Assembly (NCBI GenBank): GCA_019114445.1
Contig: DXFL01000012.1
Location: forward strand, 1,027 to 65,026
Length of the DNA: 64,000 bases
Direction: 5' to 3'
From: Candidatus Barnesiella excrementigallinarum
GTDB taxonomy: Bacteria > Bacteroidota > Bacteroidia > Bacteroidales > Barnesiellaceae
A program made the translations under genes and the position numbers. The notes below the pieces were generated by a model. It worked only from the letters and a program-made list of their open reading frames with translations, did no database searches and was not told where the DNA came from. Below, piece after piece: positions 60,886-64,000 of the stretch (positions are counted from its first letter, which is position 1; every line of letters starts with the position of its first letter).

Positions 60886-61797
60886 ATGGCAACTAGTAAC
60901 TTTAGAATTAAAAAGATTTGTGAGTGGTGCGGTAAAGAATTCGAGGCTCAGAAAGTTTCTACAAGGTTCTGTTCACACAGGTGTGCAAATTTTGCCTATA
61001 AACGGGCCATACGCAAAAAACGAGTGCAGACAACAGAGTCACAAACTCAAGTTCAGAAAACTGAACGCATCATTGAAGACATTAAGGAGAAGGAATATCT
61101 TTCCTTTTCAGAAACAGGACGTCTGTTAGGTCTATCTCGCCAAGCTATCTATACCATGGTAAAGGCAGGTCACCTTAAAACGTCTAAAATTAGCAGTAGG
61201 CTTTCATTTATCAGGAGGACTGATATTGATGCTATGCTTCAAAATAAGCCTTATCAATATCGAATGCCCAAAGATACAATCCCTATCACAGACTTCTATA
61301 CCACCAATGAGATTAAAGAGAAATTCGGTGTCAAAGATTCCTGGATATTTCATATAGCTAAAGAGCATAATATACCCCGGACATTTAACCGTGGGAAAAC
61401 CTATTGGAGCAAAAAGCATATTGATGACTACTTTGCAAAGAAAGCTCCCGATCCTGAAATCAAGGAATGGTACAGCACGCAAGATATGCAGGAGAAGTTC
61501 GGCATGACACTAACGGCCATCTATTCTTTTGTATCAAAGAATGCCATTCCTAAAAAGAAAGTCGGCATCATGGTGTTCTACTCCAAAAAGCATGTCGACA
61601 TTGCCAAAGGCCTCATAGCTCCCGAAGAGCCCAAATACTACACCATTGCCGAAGCGATGGAACGATTCAAACTGACACGGGATCAACTCTACCATTATGT
61701 AAAATACCATAATATCGCCCGTATCAAAGTCGGTAAATATACCAAGATCCTGCGGGCAGAGCTGGACAAGTTCTTTGAGCCTCCAAAGATAGAATGA
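60886..61797 (+). CDS. Excisionase-like protein: Zn finger + four HTH_17/Xis-like domains
   Basis: 'CEWCG...FCSHRC', then 'YLSFSETGRLLG', 'FYTTNEIKEKFG', 'WYSTQDMQEKFG', 'YYTIAEAMERFK' repeats. Confidence 0.8.
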   Translation: MATSNFRIKKICEWCGKEFEAQKVSTRFCSHRCANFAYKRAIRKKRVQTTESQTQVQKTERIIEDIKEKEYLSFSETGRLLGLSRQAIYTMVKAGHLKTSKISSRLSFIRRTDIDAMLQNKPYQYRMPKDTIPITDFYTTNEIKEKFGVKDSWIFHIAKEHNIPRTFNRGKTYWSKKHIDDYFAKKAPDPEIKEWYSTQDMQEKFGMTLTAIYSFVSKNAIPKKKVGIMVFYSKKHVDIAKGLIAPEEPKYYTIAEAMERFKLTRDQLYHYVKYHNIARIKVGKYTKILRAELDKFFEPPKIE

Positions 61798-61889
61798 GCC
61801 GAAAGTTATTTTCCGGTGATAAATACCACCATTAGAACACCTATTTTATTTGCAACAAAAACAAGTATTAATCAGAAAACAATATAACT

Positions 61890-62849
61890 ATGACACTTAC
61901 ATGCACCAACGTAACACTGAGACAAAAGCCATTGCGTAACGACCGCATATCTCTTTATCTGGATTATTATCCGGCCATCCGCAATCCTTACACGATGAAG
62001 ATGAGTCGCCGGGAATTCCTCGGCATTTACATCTATGCCAAGCCAAAGAATGAGCAGCAAAGAATGTTCAATCAGGATATGCTGAACAAGGCAGAGGCAA
62101 TCCGCTGTATCCGTGTACAGTCGCTTATCAATGAAGAATTCGGGTTCCTGGACAAGAACAAGCAAAAGGTAGATTTCCTCGCCTACTTCCGAACAAAGGC
62201 ACGGCAAAAATATGAGAAATGGGATTGCGTTTACAACCACTTCGAGAAATTTGTCGGCGGTAAATGCACCTTTGGCGATGTCACCGTGGAACTGTGCGAG
62301 AAATTCAGGGATTACCTGCTCAAATGTAAACAGATCAATCATCCCAATGCTTACATCTCACGCAATTCGGCCGCTGGCTATTATTCAACTTTCCGAGCCT
62401 TGTTGAAGATAGCCTACAAAGAGAAGATGCTGCGTGAGAACTTGAACGACTTTCTGGAAAAAATCGAATGGAAAGAGGTCAAGAAAGAGTATCTGACACT
62501 TGATGAAGTCAAGAAATTGGCAGCTACGCCATGCAAGATTCCAGTCTTGAAACAGGCCTCCTTGTTTGCCTGCATGACCGGCCTCCGTATCAGTGATATT
62601 CTGAAGCTGGACTGGCGTGATTTTGAAGTCGGCCCAGATCAAGGCTACTACATCCGTATCTGTACCGAGAAAACGGAAACCGAGGCAACCCTCCCCATCA
62701 GTCAGGAGGCACTGGAGTTGTGTGGCGAATGGGGCACCGGAAAAGTCTTCAAAGGCTTAACCCGCTCCATGACTCATCATCCCCTGAAACAGTGGATAGC
62801 CGAAGCCGGAATCAGAAAACACATAACCTTCCACTGCTTTAGGCATTAA
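61890..62849 (+). pseudogene. Tyrosine site-specific integrase truncated after HCFRH (no catalytic Tyr)
   Basis: Arm domain 'LYLDYYP', SAM-like middle, 'TGLRISDI', ends 'KHITFHCFRH*'. Confidence 0.85.
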
Positions 62850-62978
62850 TATATTATTACTTGCTGAAAATAAAGACTTTGCAATAATTGTTTTTTAGAC
62901 AGGTAACGATTTAGAAACGAGCGATGTTCCACTATCTGTTAAATTTTGCATTATACCCAAAGAACGCTATTTTAGTTA

Positions 62979-62986
62979 CAAATATA
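62979..62986 (-). promoter_or_regulatory. Outward-facing -7 box TATATTTG, followed by boxA-like GTTCTTTG (62958-62965)
   Basis: + strand CAAATATA and CAAAGAAC. Confidence 0.45.
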
Positions 62987-63138
62987 ACAATAAATTAGTA
63001 TAATACAATTAAGATCCATATTAATTTATCTAGTAACATATAATTTGATAATATATATTTCATAAGTTAATTCTATCAAAATCAATTGTAAATTATCATT
63101 ATTAGAATACCTTTGTATTATATTAAGGGGTTTTACAT

Positions 63139-64000
63139 ATGAGCAAAATCAATATAGATAGAATTGTTAAGGATATTAAATCCAAAACAACAAGTTTAAC
63201 ACCAATCATAGAAGCTGTTTGTAATTCAATTGATGCTATAGGCTCTGAAAGGACAGATGGCATTATTGATATTGTGATTAAGCGTAACCCTCAACAATTG
63301 TTAGCTTTAGATTCTTCTCACTCTCTACCTGAAATTGTTTCTATTGATATTATAGATAATGGAGAAGGTTTTACAGAAGAAAATAAAGATTCTTTCGATA
63401 CTTATAGAAGTGGATTAAAAATTTCAAAAGGCGGTAAGGGATTTGGACGTTTTATGTATTTGAAATATTTCAATCATGTGTCTATTGAAAGTATTTTTTA
63501 CGAAGAATATAGATATAAACGGCGCTCTTTTACATTTGGGCATGCTGATGAAATCATTGAAGATGAAACTATTGAATGTCTTGAATACAATGAGGGTATA
63601 CATTCAGGAACTATCCTACATTTAGAATCGATAAAAGAACATGATTTAGACAAAGGAATTGATGTAATTGCTAGAAAATTAGTTGAACGTTTACTAGTTT
63701 TTTTCGTAACTGGTGGAATTCATACACCTAAAATTACAATTAGGGAAGAAGATGAATCCAATTCAATCGTGTTAAATAATTATATTGGGAAAGATTCTGA
63801 TATTCAAAAAGTTGGTTATGATGAATCTATAACTCTACATGGAAAAGATAGTGATTGGACTTTTACTGTAAAAATATATAAAATATATTATTCTGCAATA
63901 ACTAATAAGATCTGTTTAACAGCTAACATGAGAGAAGTTACAGATTCTGCGATACATAATTATATCCCAGAATTTAAAGAGCCAATGTTTGAATTGACTG
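63139..64000 (+). CDS. GHKL (HATPase_c, MORC/MutL/Hsp90-like) ATPase, 5' part (runs off window end)
   Basis: Not in ORF track; hand translation open to the window end: MSKINIDRIVKDIKSKTTSLTPIIEAVCNSIDA...IIDNGEGF...KGGKGFGRF...SGT (ExxxNxxDA, DxGxG, GxxGxG). Confidence 0.85.
   Translation, partial: MSKINIDRIVKDIKSKTTSLTPIIEAVCNSIDAIGSERTDGIIDIVIKRNPQQLLALDSSHSLPEIVSIDIIDNGEGFTEENKDSFDTYRSGLKISKGGKGFGRFMYLKYFNHVSIESIFYEEYRYKRRSFTFGHADEIIEDETIECLEYNEGIHSGTILHLESIKEHDLDKGIDVIARKLVERLLVFFVTGGIHTPKITIREEDESNSIVLNNYIGKDSDIQKVGYDESITLHGKDSDWTFTVKIYKIYYSAITNKICLTANMREVTDSAIHNYIPEFKEPMFELT

Larger units (their letters stand above)
60617..64000. mobile_element. Left part of an integrative element at the mnmE 3' end, apparently with a second element nested from ~62847
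   Basis: Composition shift right after the mnmE stop; Xis-like gene and tyrosine integrase follow; second, sharper drop in GC after 62846. Confidence 0.8.

Overview
Mostly Bacteroidales (possibly Barnesiella-like; inferred from gene content and TAnnTTTG promoters) chromosomal backbone at roughly 50% GC: relA, sdaA, rpsF-rpsR-rplI, aguAB, purL/purF, etfBA-acd, tRNA-Thr, panCD, ffh, folD, miaA, pepT, mnmE. Four accessory features stand out. (1) A low-GC islet behind a WYL regulator (15.3-19.4 kb) encodes a WG-repeat lipoprotein with an extra N-terminal domain and a GIY-YIG-like nuclease. (2) A ~600 bp mosaic of covarying GTC-tagged REP-like hairpins with shuffled spacer modules lies at 42.75-43.34 kb. 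(3) A BspA/T9SS surface protein gene is broken by one in-frame TAG. (4) An integrative element sits at the mnmE 3' end; it encodes a 4x Xis-like protein, and its tyrosine integrase is cut exactly after the H-x-x-R-H motif by what looks like the att end of a second, AT-rich element carrying a GHKL-ATPase gene. All family calls come from motif recognition by eye; no searches were run.
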